This document shows, one piece after another, positions 1-9,484 of a DNA stretch of 32,266 nucleotides. Source of the DNA: an uncultured Thermoplasmatales archaeon (GTDB lineage Archaea; Thermoplasmatota; E2; DHVEG-1); NCBI GenBank assembly GCA_964517155.1, contig CAZFAZ010000079.1, positions 1 to 32,266 of the forward strand. Reading direction: 5' to 3'. Under the pieces are notes generated by a model, which saw nothing but the letters and a program-made list of their open reading frames with translations, had not been told where the DNA came from and ran no database searches. Positions within the stretch are counted from its first letter, which is position 1, and every line of letters starts with the position of its first letter. A program made the position numbers and the translations under genes.

Positions 1-90
1 AACTGTAGGATAATTCAACAAATCCATTATTCTTAGAATTAAAAGACAGGCTTTAATCTTTTTGTTTAATTTTTATCTTAAAAGAAAATT

Positions 91-112
91 ATGCAGGGGA
101 AGGGATATGAAC
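91..112 (-). repeat. tRNA(Leu)-3'-end-like fragment, copy 1 (att-like direct repeat)
   Basis: atgcaggggaagggatatgaac is 21/22 identical to 776-797. The minus strand reads GTTCATATCCCTTCCCCTGCA, i.e. a degenerate T-loop, the 3' T-stem and the acceptor 3' strand. Confidence 0.7.
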
Positions 113-264
113 ACCAGTTTAGTCATAAAAATTGATTGACGGATGATGATTTACTTCTGTTGACTAAAAAAGAGTTGGAATTGAGGGTTTGAAACTAACA
201 ATATCTTAAAAATAGGTTTTTATATCCCTAAGTTTATTCTATTGTTATTTAGGATGGGATTAAA

Positions 265-756
265 ATGTATAGACATGCGTTTGGATTTTTAGGATTGCTT
301 ATGTTTTTATCAACATTTGGTTTATTTCTTGGTATTGGATTAGGAGCAATTGTCAGTATTTTTACTAAAGAACCGCTACTTATTCTCTTTGCAATGCTCA
401 TTGGTCCCATTGTTGTGAATCTCTTTGGTTTTGTGGGAAGTTGGCGAGTGCACTCTAAATTAAGTCAAGAGAACATCAACAAAATTAATATGATGACCGC
501 TAAATATGAGATGGAAAAAGTTGAAGTAAAGAAGAAAGACACAGCAGAATTTAGATTAACTATGATAGGTTTTTTTGTTTTATTTGTGTTGTTGCTTGTC
601 AATTTCATAATATTTTATTTCAATTGTATCGAGGCCCCTATCGTTAATTTCATGATTTCTTTTTTATTTTTTTTAATTTTTATGATTTATTCTTTATTTC
701 TTATTTTGCTTTTAAGAGTTAAAGGCAAGCAAAGAAATAAAGATATCTTTCGTTAA
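265..756 (+). CDS. Hypothetical integral membrane protein (about 4 TM helices)
   Basis: 163-aa ORF with four hydrophobic stretches. AGGATGG precedes the ATG and a TTTTTATAT TATA-like box lies at about 217-225. Confidence 0.75.
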   Translation: MYRHAFGFLGLLMFLSTFGLFLGIGLGAIVSIFTKEPLLILFAMLIGPIVVNLFGFVGSWRVHSKLSQENINKINMMTAKYEMEKVEVKKKDTAEFRLTMIGFFVLFVLLLVNFIIFYFNCIEAPIVNFMISFLFFLIFMIYSLFLILLLRVKGKQRNKDIFR

Positions 757-775
757 ATTGAAATCTATAAAAAAG

Positions 776-828
776 ATGCAGGGGAAGGGATTTGAACCCT
801 TGGACACTAAAATCAGATTAAATCTTTA
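776..828 (-). pseudogene. 3' half of a tRNA, probably tRNA-Leu; no 5' half present
   Basis: The minus strand reads ...agatttaatctgattttagtgtcc AAGGG TTCAAAT CCCTT CCCCTGC A: a perfect T-arm, a 7-nt acceptor 3' strand and discriminator A. Only 53 nt lie between the purH stop and this end, and the complementary 5' strand GCAGGGG is absent. Confidence 0.7.
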
Positions 829-2379
829 TTAATGCCTAAAATACCGCTGGCCTGTAAAAACCATTGAAATTTTATGTTCATCTGCTGCTTGTATAACTTC
901 TTCATCACGTATACTTCCACCAGGCTGTACAATTGCTGTTACTCCTGCGTCTGCTGCAACATCTACAGCATCGCGGAATGGGAAGAATGCATCAGATGCC
1001 ATGGTACTACCTTTTATGTTTTCTTTACCTTTATTTGTCGCAATCCATGTAGCATCAACACGTGCGGTTTGGCCTCCACCGATACCTACGGTATGAGTAT
1101 CTTTTACAAATACCACACTATTTGATTTAACATGTTTTACACATTTTACTGCAAATTCCATGCTTATCAGATCTTGTTTTGTAGGTTTCTTTTTTGTTAC
1201 AACCTTCCATTCACTCTGCGGTGTCATTTTTGTATCTCTTTCCTGACAGAGAAATCCACCTACGACACTTCTATGTATCATTCCGCTTCTGTGTATCTTT
1301 TTATCAAGTCCTTCTAGTTTTAATAATCTTAAATTCTTTTTTTCACTAAAAACAGAAAGTGCTTCCTTGCTGTAAGCAGGTGCTATTATTACTTCTAAAA
1401 AGAGTTTTGATAGTTCCTCTGCAACAGTTTTATCAACTTCTCTGTTAAAACTTACTACTCCGCCAAAAGGTGAATATGTATCAGTTGCATAGGCATCTTT
1501 CCAAGCAGCAAGTAAGTTTTTAGCAATAGCAATTCCACAGGGTGTTGCATGTTTAATAATAACACAAGTGGGGTCTGTAAACTCTTTAATTGCTTCAATT
1601 GCCCCATCTGAATCAAGGATATTATTATAAGATAATTCTTTTCCTTGTAATTTTACAGCATTTGTAATACATGGCTCTAAAGTTTCAGGTATTACTTTGT
1701 AAAAACCACCTTTAAGATGAGGGTTTTCACCATATCTCATATCCTGTTTTTTTCTCATTGTAACTGTTTTATTATCAGGTAATACTTCATCTGTCCATTT
1801 ACTTGAAAGATAATTTGATATTACTGCATCATATTGAGCAGTATGAGAAAATGCTTCTATTGCAAGTTTTTCTTTATCGGCAATGCTAAGATTTCCTTTG
1901 TCTAAAAGTTGCTGTAAAACAGTTTTATATTGATTTTTATTTGTAATAATTATTACATCTTTATAGTTTTTAGCAGCAGCACGAATAAGAGTAGGACCGC
2001 CGATGTCTATATTTTCAATTACTTCATCCATAGTAACCTTAGGTTTTTTAATTGTTTCTTCAAAAGGATAAAGGTTTACAACAAGCATATCAATAGGTTT
2101 AATCTTGTGTTTCTCAAGAGTTTTCATATGCTCAGGTGTATCACGCCTTGCAAGAATTCCGGCATGTATTATTGGATGCAAAGTTTTTACTCTGCCGTCA
2201 AGCATCTCAGGAAAATTTGTAACACTACTAACATCAGTTATTTTGACATTATTTTCTTTTAAAAAACGTGCTGTACCACCTGTTGATAAGATTTCTACGT
2301 CAAGTTTTGATAATTCCTTTGCAAAATTTTCTAGCTCAGTTTTATCTGAAACGCTTATTAGTGCTCTTTTTACATTCAT
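829..2379 (-). CDS. purH: Bifunctional AICAR transformylase/IMP cyclohydrolase
   Basis: Motifs RALISVSDK, GRVKTLHP, IENIDIGGPT, RYGENPH, SDAFFPF, QPGGSIRD and C-terminal RYFRH. Likely start is the ATG at 2379 (MNVKRAL); the ORF track extends to 2397. Confidence 0.97.
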   Translation of the reverse strand: MNVKRALISVSDKTELENFAKELSKLDVEILSTGGTARFLKENNVKITDVSSVTNFPEMLDGRVKTLHPIIHAGILARRDTPEHMKTLEKHKIKPIDMLVVNLYPFEETIKKPKVTMDEVIENIDIGGPTLIRAAAKNYKDVIIITNKNQYKTVLQQLLDKGNLSIADKEKLAIEAFSHTAQYDAVISNYLSSKWTDEVLPDNKTVTMRKKQDMRYGENPHLKGGFYKVIPETLEPCITNAVKLQGKELSYNNILDSDGAIEAIKEFTDPTCVIIKHATPCGIAIAKNLLAAWKDAYATDTYSPFGGVVSFNREVDKTVAEELSKLFLEVIIAPAYSKEALSVFSEKKNLRLLKLEGLDKKIHRSGMIHRSVVGGFLCQERDTKMTPQSEWKVVTKKKPTKQDLISMEFAVKCVKHVKSNSVVFVKDTHTVGIGGGQTARVDATWIATNKGKENIKGSTMASDAFFPFRDAVDVAADAGVTAIVQPGGSIRDEEVIQAADEHKISMVFTGQRYFRH

Positions 2380-2427
2380 CGTACTGTTACCCAACACACA
2401 TATGAGACAGCCTCATAAACGTTTGGG

Positions 2428-3189
2428 TTATTTGTTCTTTTTTTCTTTTTCTATTGCTTCTGTAAGACTAATTTTTCCATTTATTACATCTATTGCAGAT
2501 TTTTGGGATATTGAAAATCTTCCATTTGTAAGCTTTCTGCTTTTTTCTTGTATATTTCTTATTTCGCCTCTAGTTGGTTCTAACTCAAGTTTACTTTGTA
2601 CCCTTCCACCTTTCATAATTGCAATTAATGCTGCTGCTTCACTGTCTCTTTTTGGTCTACTTATCTCGTGACCAGGTGTTGTTTTTGTTTCATCAACAAT
2701 TTCTATTGTTATACCTAGTTTAATTAAAGAATTTATAATTCTATTTCTAATTGTAATTGAGCCGTGTCCGATTCTTATTATTGTTTGAGTAGCAGGATAT
2801 TCCTTTAAAATTCGTTTAACAGTAGAAAGAACTTTTTCAGGACTGTCGACACTTGTTTTTGAAAGAAGTATATCATCACCGACAACAGCAATACCTGGGT
2901 AATCTCCAGGATCTATACCAATGTAAATCTTTGAATACAAATCTTTTCCAATGAGCATTTGCATAGCAAGATCTACTGCATGCTCAACTGTATCATATGC
3001 ATCAGCTGCAATTACTTTTGAAGTTTTTACATCATGCAGTTCACTATTGGATGTAAGAATCACTCCAATTTTACTTGGGACATGATTTAAAGAAGAAAGT
3101 GAAACATAAGCAATTTTTCTTTTCCTTAAAACTTTTAGTAAATCATAATAAAGTGAGAAATCTTTTGTGTACACCCCGAGTGTTTTCAT
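2428..3189 (-). CDS. Conserved hypothetical protein with YqgF/RuvC-like RNase H fold domain
   Basis: IGIDPG..GIAV, VDE..TT and D..AA..IA acidic motifs in the order typical of YqgF-like nucleases. Confidence 0.65.
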   Translation of the reverse strand: MKTLGVYTKDFSLYYDLLKVLRKRKIAYVSLSSLNHVPSKIGVILTSNSELHDVKTSKVIAADAYDTVEHAVDLAMQMLIGKDLYSKIYIGIDPGDYPGIAVVGDDILLSKTSVDSPEKVLSTVKRILKEYPATQTIIRIGHGSITIRNRIINSLIKLGITIEIVDETKTTPGHEISRPKRDSEAAALIAIMKGGRVQSKLELEPTRGEIRNIQEKSRKLTNGRFSISQKSAIDVINGKISLTEAIEKEKKNK

Positions 3190-3306
3190 TTAAAAACCTA
3201 AAACATTTCTCTGAATTTATATATTTTGGATAAATTGTAACATATTATTTTAAAAAATCTTTAATATGGTTTAAATATTCAAGTATTGCAGGTGGATAAA
3301 CATATA

Positions 3307-4851
3307 ATGGATCCAGATATCGTCAAAGTTTTACGGGAACAAGAAAAGCAAGGTTTACTAACAAATAGTACACAGAGCTATGATGAAGAATCAGCATCTA
3401 CACAAATAATTTCTGAGGAAGAACATCCTCAAACAACGGCTTTTTTAAACCAAGAAGATACAACTGAATTAGATTTTGATGAAAAACTACCTGATGATGT
3501 CGAAAGCTTAAAAAAAGAAGTTTCAAATTTAAGAGAAAAACTCAAAGAATCTAATGAGAGATATAATTCTTTAGCTGAATATTTTGAAATTATATCTGAT
3601 ACTACTATTGCTCTTGGTAAAAAAGATCTTTTCAGTGATGTTAGTGATATTATTTTTCAAGTTTCTCCAAAAGGAAGAATTACGTATATAAATAGTGCTG
3701 TGGAAAAAATAGCAGGTTATCCTTCATCAAGTCTAATTGGTGAAAAATTCTCAAAAATTATTCCTAAAGATGATTGGAAAAAGGTTCATAAACAATTTTT
3801 TTCAGGTTTTAATAAAAAAGAAATGATGGATAGAGAACTTAATAGTTTTGAAAGTTTTATTATAACTAAGTCCGGACAAAAAATTCCTGTTGAAATCAAC
3901 GGTAAACTAATTCAGTATAATATAGAAGTCATGGGGCGTAACGATGAACTTAGGCTGCAAGGAAGTATTAGGGATATAACTGAGCGTCTTGCAGCTGAAG
4001 AAGAAAGAGTTAGAAACGCCCGCAAAATTCAGGAGATGAATGTTAAACTGCAATCTGCAAATACTGATTTAAAAAAAGTTCAAGAAGAACTTAAAATTCT
4101 TAATCAAGACCTTGAGAAAAAAGTTGAAGAAAGAACCCAGGAAATCCAAAAACTTTTGAAACATAAAATTGAGTTCATCGGCCAACTGGGTCATGATCTT
4201 AAAAGCCCGCTTACCCCACTAGTGGGTCTTCTTCCGACTATTGAGAAAAAAGAAAAAGACCCAGAATTAAAAGAGTTATTGAGCGTTGTTAATCGCAATG
4301 TTTTGTTTATGCGCGATATCGTTGTTAAAACTTTAAAACTTGAGCGGCTTAACTCACCAAAGCTTATGCTTAATTTTGAACAAGCAAATCTTTTTGATTG
4401 TGTTGAAAAGATAATTAGTACTAAAGAATATATTTTTAAAGAAAAGAATTTGACTGTTAAAAACAACGTTTTTAAAGATTTTGTTGCATCTATTGATAAA
4501 CTTGAGTTTAATGAACTTATGGATAATCTTTTAACCAATGCTGCTAAATTTACCCCAGATAGTGGCAATATTTATGTCGGCGCAGAAAAACAAGATGATT
4601 TTATCAAAGTTTTTGTTAGGGATACAGGCACGGGTCTTACAGCAGAACACATCGAACATATTTTTGAAGAATTTTATAAAGTTGATCCATCAAGACATGA
4701 CTTAGATAGTAGTGGTCTGGGTCTTTCTATTTGCAAGCGTATCGTTGAGCGTCACGGTGGCCGTATTTGGGTTGAAAGTCAGGGTTTGGGTAAAGGTTGC
4801 ACTTTTTATTTTTTACTAACTATAGAATTAAAAGATGAACAGTTAAACTAG
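3307..4851 (+). CDS. Cytoplasmic PAS-domain sensor histidine kinase
   Basis: PAS region (ITYINSAVE..GY; RDITER), coiled coil, H-box GHDLKSPLT, N-box NLLTNAAKF, DTGTG and GLGLSICKRIVERHGG. ATG at 3307 preferred over TTG at 3286. Confidence 0.93.
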   Translation: MDPDIVKVLREQEKQGLLTNSTQSYDEESASTQIISEEEHPQTTAFLNQEDTTELDFDEKLPDDVESLKKEVSNLREKLKESNERYNSLAEYFEIISDTTIALGKKDLFSDVSDIIFQVSPKGRITYINSAVEKIAGYPSSSLIGEKFSKIIPKDDWKKVHKQFFSGFNKKEMMDRELNSFESFIITKSGQKIPVEINGKLIQYNIEVMGRNDELRLQGSIRDITERLAAEEERVRNARKIQEMNVKLQSANTDLKKVQEELKILNQDLEKKVEERTQEIQKLLKHKIEFIGQLGHDLKSPLTPLVGLLPTIEKKEKDPELKELLSVVNRNVLFMRDIVVKTLKLERLNSPKLMLNFEQANLFDCVEKIISTKEYIFKEKNLTVKNNVFKDFVASIDKLEFNELMDNLLTNAAKFTPDSGNIYVGAEKQDDFIKVFVRDTGTGLTAEHIEHIFEEFYKVDPSRHDLDSSGLGLSICKRIVERHGGRIWVESQGLGKGCTFYFLLTIELKDEQLN

Positions 4852-4912
4852 ATGAAAAGTTTGTTAAATAAAAAGATGATTACAAATAATTAGTTTGTAA
4901 GGATGTGTTTCA

Positions 4913-5284
4913 TTGAAAAAGAAAATACTTATAGTAGATGATGAACCTGATGTTGCATTTACCGTTGATTTTACATTTCGTGATTTAGGTTATGATGTTA
5001 AGCGTGCTGAAAACGGTGAGAAATGTTTTGAAATTTTAGAAAAAGCAAAGGATAAACCTGATTTAATTCTTTTAGATATTATGATGCCAGGGATGAATGG
5101 TTGGGAGGTTTTTAGAAAATTAAAAGAAAATCCTATATGGGAAAATATACCTATTGTTTTTTTGACTGCACGTATCGATCATACTGCTGAGAATGCTGGT
5201 AAATTTTTGGGTGAAGATTACATTGAAAAACCTTATGATCCTGAGGATTTAAAGAAAAGAATTATGAAGATACTTGAAAAATAA
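4913..5284 (+). CDS. Stand-alone response regulator (receiver domain)
   Basis: ILIVDDE, DLILLDIMMP, FLTA and KP motifs. TTG start after AGGATGTG. Confidence 0.95.
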   Translation: MKKKILIVDDEPDVAFTVDFTFRDLGYDVKRAENGEKCFEILEKAKDKPDLILLDIMMPGMNGWEVFRKLKENPIWENIPIVFLTARIDHTAENAGKFLGEDYIEKPYDPEDLKKRIMKILEK

Positions 5285-5296
5285 ATAAATTTTTTT

Positions 5297-6562
5297 TTAT
5301 TGGTTTTTTTCAAATATCGCACAAGTTATAGTTTCATTTAGAATAGATATTTCTTCTCCTTGTTTTTTTAGTCCTTCGCCGCCGACATATATCAATAAAA
5401 ATGGTTTTTCCTGGAAATATTTTTTTAGTTTTTCTTGAACTTGAAATATTTTGGGTCCTAGATAACCTTGTCTTGCAATGCATGATGTGAAAAAACCAAA
5501 ATCTGGTTTTTCAGGCTTTAAAAGCTCGTTTACTGAATCTACCATTTTATCTGTTGACATCTTTGCAATAAATACCTCGTTTTCTTCTACTTCGCATAAA
5601 CAACCAAGATAATTACCCATTATCATAAGAATTGTTCTTAAGAATATTTTATTATTTTTGTAGTAACCAAGTGGATATTTTGATGTTATATCAACCCATT
5701 TTACTCTTTCAAAATCCTGCATAGTCCAATTCATAAGTCTTAAAAATTCTGATAGTGCATGTTTATTGTTTATTTTTTTGATTATACGTCTGTCTTTGCT
5801 TATTTTTGTAATTTTTAGTTTTATATCTGTTTCCTCTGCAGCATTTGCATAGTTTAAAAAATAATCTGCATCTGTTTCAATTAACAAGCCAACAACAGAT
5901 TCAGTTAAAACTTGTTTATTTAAAAACTGATGATTCTTTGAAAAATCAACTACGCTACCATTTGATCCATGTATTATTTCATAATCTGGTAACTGTTTTG
6001 ATATTTCTTTTAATAGTTCATCTTCTCTTCCAAAGCCTTTTTGTTTGGTTTTCTGCATGATTTTAAGCATAATTGGTATAATTTTTCCACCAATTTTTGA
6101 TTTTATAATTGGATTATCTCCGCTAGATTTTGGTATTTCCATGCCTGAAATATTTGTTAGTAAAAGCTTATGTTTGTATGTGTTTTTTGCGTTAACTTTA
6201 ATATTTTTTACAAATTGTTTTGCAGCTTTTTTAGGATTTCTTTTAGTGTTTTTACCATAAGAAACTGCTATATGCATATCATCATATTTTACGGCTAATG
6301 CTACAGCACCTTCTGCGTAGCAGCCCTGTCTTGTTATAAAACCGTTTACTAATCCACCTATTAATTTAGTATCCTGTGGTAAATTTTCCCATAATCCTTT
6401 TAATAAATTTTGTATTCCGCCGTAGTTTTCATAACGACCTATGCAGTAAAGAAGTATAAAATCTGGTTTATCATTTAAATTTTGTAAAATCTTGTTTGTT
6501 AATTCTTTTCCTGCTTTATAAGCGTCTTTTTCTTTTGTTGTCTCTACAACAACTTTTAACAT
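5297..6562 (-). CDS. FIST N/C-domain protein
   Basis: N-terminal DAYKAG...PDFILLY and C-terminal SCIAR...GGE...NET pattern typical of FIST proteins. GGTGA SD upstream. Confidence 0.75.
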   Translation of the reverse strand: MLKVVVETTKEKDAYKAGKELTNKILQNLNDKPDFILLYCIGRYENYGGIQNLLKGLWENLPQDTKLIGGLVNGFITRQGCYAEGAVALAVKYDDMHIAVSYGKNTKRNPKKAAKQFVKNIKVNAKNTYKHKLLLTNISGMEIPKSSGDNPIIKSKIGGKIIPIMLKIMQKTKQKGFGREDELLKEISKQLPDYEIIHGSNGSVVDFSKNHQFLNKQVLTESVVGLLIETDADYFLNYANAAEETDIKLKITKISKDRRIIKKINNKHALSEFLRLMNWTMQDFERVKWVDITSKYPLGYYKNNKIFLRTILMIMGNYLGCLCEVEENEVFIAKMSTDKMVDSVNELLKPEKPDFGFFTSCIARQGYLGPKIFQVQEKLKKYFQEKPFLLIYVGGEGLKKQGEEISILNETITCAIFEKNQ

Positions 6563-6669
6563 ATTCTTTCACCTTTTTTATAAAATGTTGCTAAAACTTT
6601 AACATTTATTTACATGATGACATTCTATCTCTTTACATATTATAATCAAAACATTGTTGATATATTTTT

Positions 6670-8022
6670 TTACCGTTCCCAAGACATCTTTTCGTCAAGA
6701 TATTCTGTCCAGAAAACTTTTAAGTTTTCAGATAGTAAATCATCTATTTCCAAAACTTTGTATTTTTTGTTTACAATTTTATCGATATGTTTTCCAAGGC
6801 TGAGTTTTTCAAATTCTTTTTCTAAGAATTTTTCTGCATATATGTATTGTCTTTTTATTTCTACATGCCACCTTTTATCTTTTTGATAAGGTTTTTTTAC
6901 AACTAAAGAATTATTATTCCATTTCTTGATAAATTGTTCTGAGTTTTCTTTTTTTGATGAGGGTGGTCCTGTATGAATCATTGTTTTGCTAAGTGCTTCT
7001 TTTTGCAGTTTTAATATTATGTATATGTTTTTTTCATCAACAAAATAATTTGTATCATATACTTTAAAATCGTATCTTTTTAGATTTTCTAAAACAGATT
7101 TTGCTGTTTTTCTAATCTGAGGATACAAGTTTTCATCAATTATTTTTGGTTTTTCAAATTTTATACCAATATACTTACAATCTTGTTTTTTTATAGTTTC
7201 TTTTATTTTATCAAGAGTCCATGGTTTTACAGGGTTTGGGAAAAAAAATGTTTCTTTTGGATTTTTAAGATACTTTCTGCAGGCTTTTACAAATAAATCA
7301 AATTTTTCTTCTACAAGTGCACTTGCAACGTTTCTGTTTGAATCAACAGGGTCGATAAACACCAGTGGTGTATCAAAATCAAGGAAATCTTTTACTGTAA
7401 GTGATAGCTTTGTCTGTTTTTTCCAAGTGCTTGCATTTTTAATTGTATTTTCAAATGTTTTAAAGTACAATACTACTATTTCACATAGATAACCTGAGAA
7501 ACCTTGAATTTGAGCTTCTGCACCATAACAATTTATTCCTTTCAAAAACTGTTTGAATAATCTTACTTCTTGTTTTTGACTTTCAGTAATATGTTCTTTT
7601 ACATATTTTGTATGAAGCGGAGTTCTATCAACTGCTGAAAGTTTTTGTTCTGCATTTTCAATTTTGTAGCATGGAACTATTTCTGTATAAAACTCTTTGT
7701 AATATCCACGCAAATATGGGTGTTCTGCGTATGATTCTTCTGTGTTTTTAAGAAAATTTTTGCCTATTGAAAGCGCATGTTTTGCTATTTCTTCTTTTGA
7801 ATAATCTATTGGAAAACAAATAAAAAAATCAATATCCATATTTTTTTGCAGATATGTATCTTTTGCAATACTTCCAACAAGCTGTATTGTCGCAGGTAGT
7901 TTTCTTTTTTTAATTTCATTTTCAAGAATTGCTCTTATCTCTTTTACAATCTCTTTTATCTGTTCACGGTATTTGTGTGTCGGTGTAATTTTTTCAAGAA
8001 CTTGTTCTTTTATTTTATTCAT
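6670..8022 (-). CDS. cca: Archaeal (class I) CCA tRNA nucleotidyltransferase
   Basis: VGSIAKDTYL...DIDFF, YAEHPY, SAVDRTPLH, GFSGYLCE and DPVDSNRNVA motifs. Confidence 0.96.
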   Translation of the reverse strand: MNKIKEQVLEKITPTHKYREQIKEIVKEIRAILENEIKKRKLPATIQLVGSIAKDTYLQKNMDIDFFICFPIDYSKEEIAKHALSIGKNFLKNTEESYAEHPYLRGYYKEFYTEIVPCYKIENAEQKLSAVDRTPLHTKYVKEHITESQKQEVRLFKQFLKGINCYGAEAQIQGFSGYLCEIVVLYFKTFENTIKNASTWKKQTKLSLTVKDFLDFDTPLVFIDPVDSNRNVASALVEEKFDLFVKACRKYLKNPKETFFFPNPVKPWTLDKIKETIKKQDCKYIGIKFEKPKIIDENLYPQIRKTAKSVLENLKRYDFKVYDTNYFVDEKNIYIILKLQKEALSKTMIHTGPPSSKKENSEQFIKKWNNNSLVVKKPYQKDKRWHVEIKRQYIYAEKFLEKEFEKLSLGKHIDKIVNKKYKVLEIDDLLSENLKVFWTEYLDEKMSWER

Positions 8023-8025
8023 TTT

Positions 8026-8817
8026 TCATTTATCCTTGATGTAACGCCTCAATAAGAATATTGCCCCAAATGAAAGAATTGCACCTGCTATTACATCTAA
8101 AATCCAGTGTATCGAAAGATACACAACTGAAATAATTACTGTTGTTGCAATAAATATTCCAAAATATTTTAGTTTTTTATTTCCTGAAAGTGATAAGCAG
8201 TATGCAACAAGAATTGTCATTGCGGTATGTAGTGATGGCAGGCAATTATTTGCAGTTGTAGTTGAGTAAAAGAAAGCCTCAATTGAAGGTATAACTATTT
8301 CTAATGCTGAAGGACTGTTGTAAAAGTTGTATACGTTTTTAATTGGCAAAAACAAGTAAAATGGCAGTGCTACAAGATATATTATTAAAAGGCCGTATGC
8401 TAAAGAGTTTAATGCTTGTTTTTTGTTTGCAACTATGAAATATAATGGTGAAAACCATAAAGTAAATGGATAAATTACTATGTATATCAAAACAAAAAAA
8501 TGCAGTATTCCGGGCGTCCAGTAGTTTGTAAAACTGTGGACAAAACCGTTTTCTAAGTTTTGTATAATGTTTGCATAGTCATAACCAACCCAGTTTGTAA
8601 CGTAAGGGTCAATTAATTTTACTTCTATTAGATGAATTCCTACAACTATTAATATTATTGATAGTGGTTTTATGTTTTCAAGTATTCTTTGTATTAAAAA
8701 GTCTGGTGTAAATTTAATTTTTTTAATTTGTTTTTTATCTAAAAGAAAATATGCTGTAAATGCTAAAAGAATGAAGTTTGCAAGTCCAAATATTAAAAGC
8801 CACATTTTATTCTCCAA
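8026..8817 (-). CDS. PAP2-superfamily membrane phosphotransferase (AUR1/IPC-synthase-like)
   Basis: Multi-TM protein with NCLPSLH and HWILD catalytic motifs. Confidence 0.85.
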   Translation of the reverse strand: MENKMWLLIFGLANFILLAFTAYFLLDKKQIKKIKFTPDFLIQRILENIKPLSIILIVVGIHLIEVKLIDPYVTNWVGYDYANIIQNLENGFVHSFTNYWTPGILHFFVLIYIVIYPFTLWFSPLYFIVANKKQALNSLAYGLLIIYLVALPFYLFLPIKNVYNFYNSPSALEIVIPSIEAFFYSTTTANNCLPSLHTAMTILVAYCLSLSGNKKLKYFGIFIATTVIISVVYLSIHWILDVIAGAILSFGAIFLLRRYIKDK

Positions 8818-9367
8818 GTTTTATTTCTTTTAGATTTGTATAAATTGGACCTTTTGGTGTAAGAGTGCTTTTTTTAAGAAGTATTTTATCTATTTTTATT
8901 TGTTGAAACTCGGTGTTTTGATATTTATTTATCAAATCTATTAGTTTTTCTTTGTTTTTTGCACTTTTTATTCTTGCAATTGTTAGATGTGCAGAAAAAG
9001 GTCTTTTTTCTTTTTCAAATCCTAGGTTTTGCAGTTTACTGTCTATTGTTTCTGCTATTTGTTTTAAATTTTCTGTATTTTCTACTCCGATCCAGGCTAC
9101 TTTTATGTAGTTTTGATTTGGAAATACGCCTATACTTTTTAGTGCTATTTGAAAAGGAGGTATGTTTTTTGCTGAGTTTTTTATTATTTTTCCTATGTCA
9201 TCTATTAGTTTTTCATCTGTGTCACCTAAGAACTTTAGTGTTAAATGCATGTTTTGTGTTTCTACTATTTTTGCATCTATTTGTGTTTTTTTTAGTTCGT
9301 TTAAAACTTGATGTATCTCCTTTGAAATTGGTATTTCTACTGCTATAAATGCTCTTATTTTTTGCAT
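8807..9367 (-). CDS. thpR: RNA 2',3'-cyclic phosphodiesterase (2H family, LigT)
   Basis: RAFIA N-terminus, two HxT motifs (HLTL, HLTI) and S.L.P.GP.Y C-terminus. Confidence 0.95.
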   Translation of the reverse strand: MQKIRAFIAVEIPISKEIHQVLNELKKTQIDAKIVETQNMHLTLKFLGDTDEKLIDDIGKIIKNSAKNIPPFQIALKSIGVFPNQNYIKVAWIGVENTENLKQIAETIDSKLQNLGFEKEKRPFSAHLTIARIKSAKNKEKLIDLINKYQNTEFQQIKIDKILLKKSTLTPKGPIYTNLKEIKLGE

Positions 9368-9484
9368 TTTTGTTCTTTTTGTAATTGTTTTGTTTTTTAT
9401 TTAAATGTGTTTTATTTTTGACAACGATTGTATAGAAATTTATATATAGTGCTAATTAGAAAGTATAACTAAGTGAGGAGTTTA

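Noticed and set aside
91..192. Reading frame MQGKGYEHQFSHKN*LTDDDLLLLTKKELELRV as a split SSV-type integrase fragment or read-through gene
   Set aside because: It is short, has an internal stop, starts in antisense tRNA sequence and shows no integrase motif.
776..860. Intact tRNA-Leu gene
   Set aside because: Only the 3' half fits before the purH stop codon; no 5' acceptor strand or D-arm is present.
2389..2428. ZTP (pfl) riboswitch upstream of purH
   Set aside because: The intergenic region is under 50 nt and lacks the conserved pfl sequence and pseudoknot.
2428..3189. RuvC-like motifs as a TnpB/Cas12-type RNA-guided nuclease
   Set aside because: Too short, no zinc finger or TnpB N-terminal domains, no adjacent non-coding space, and housekeeping context; it fits a YqgF-like fold.
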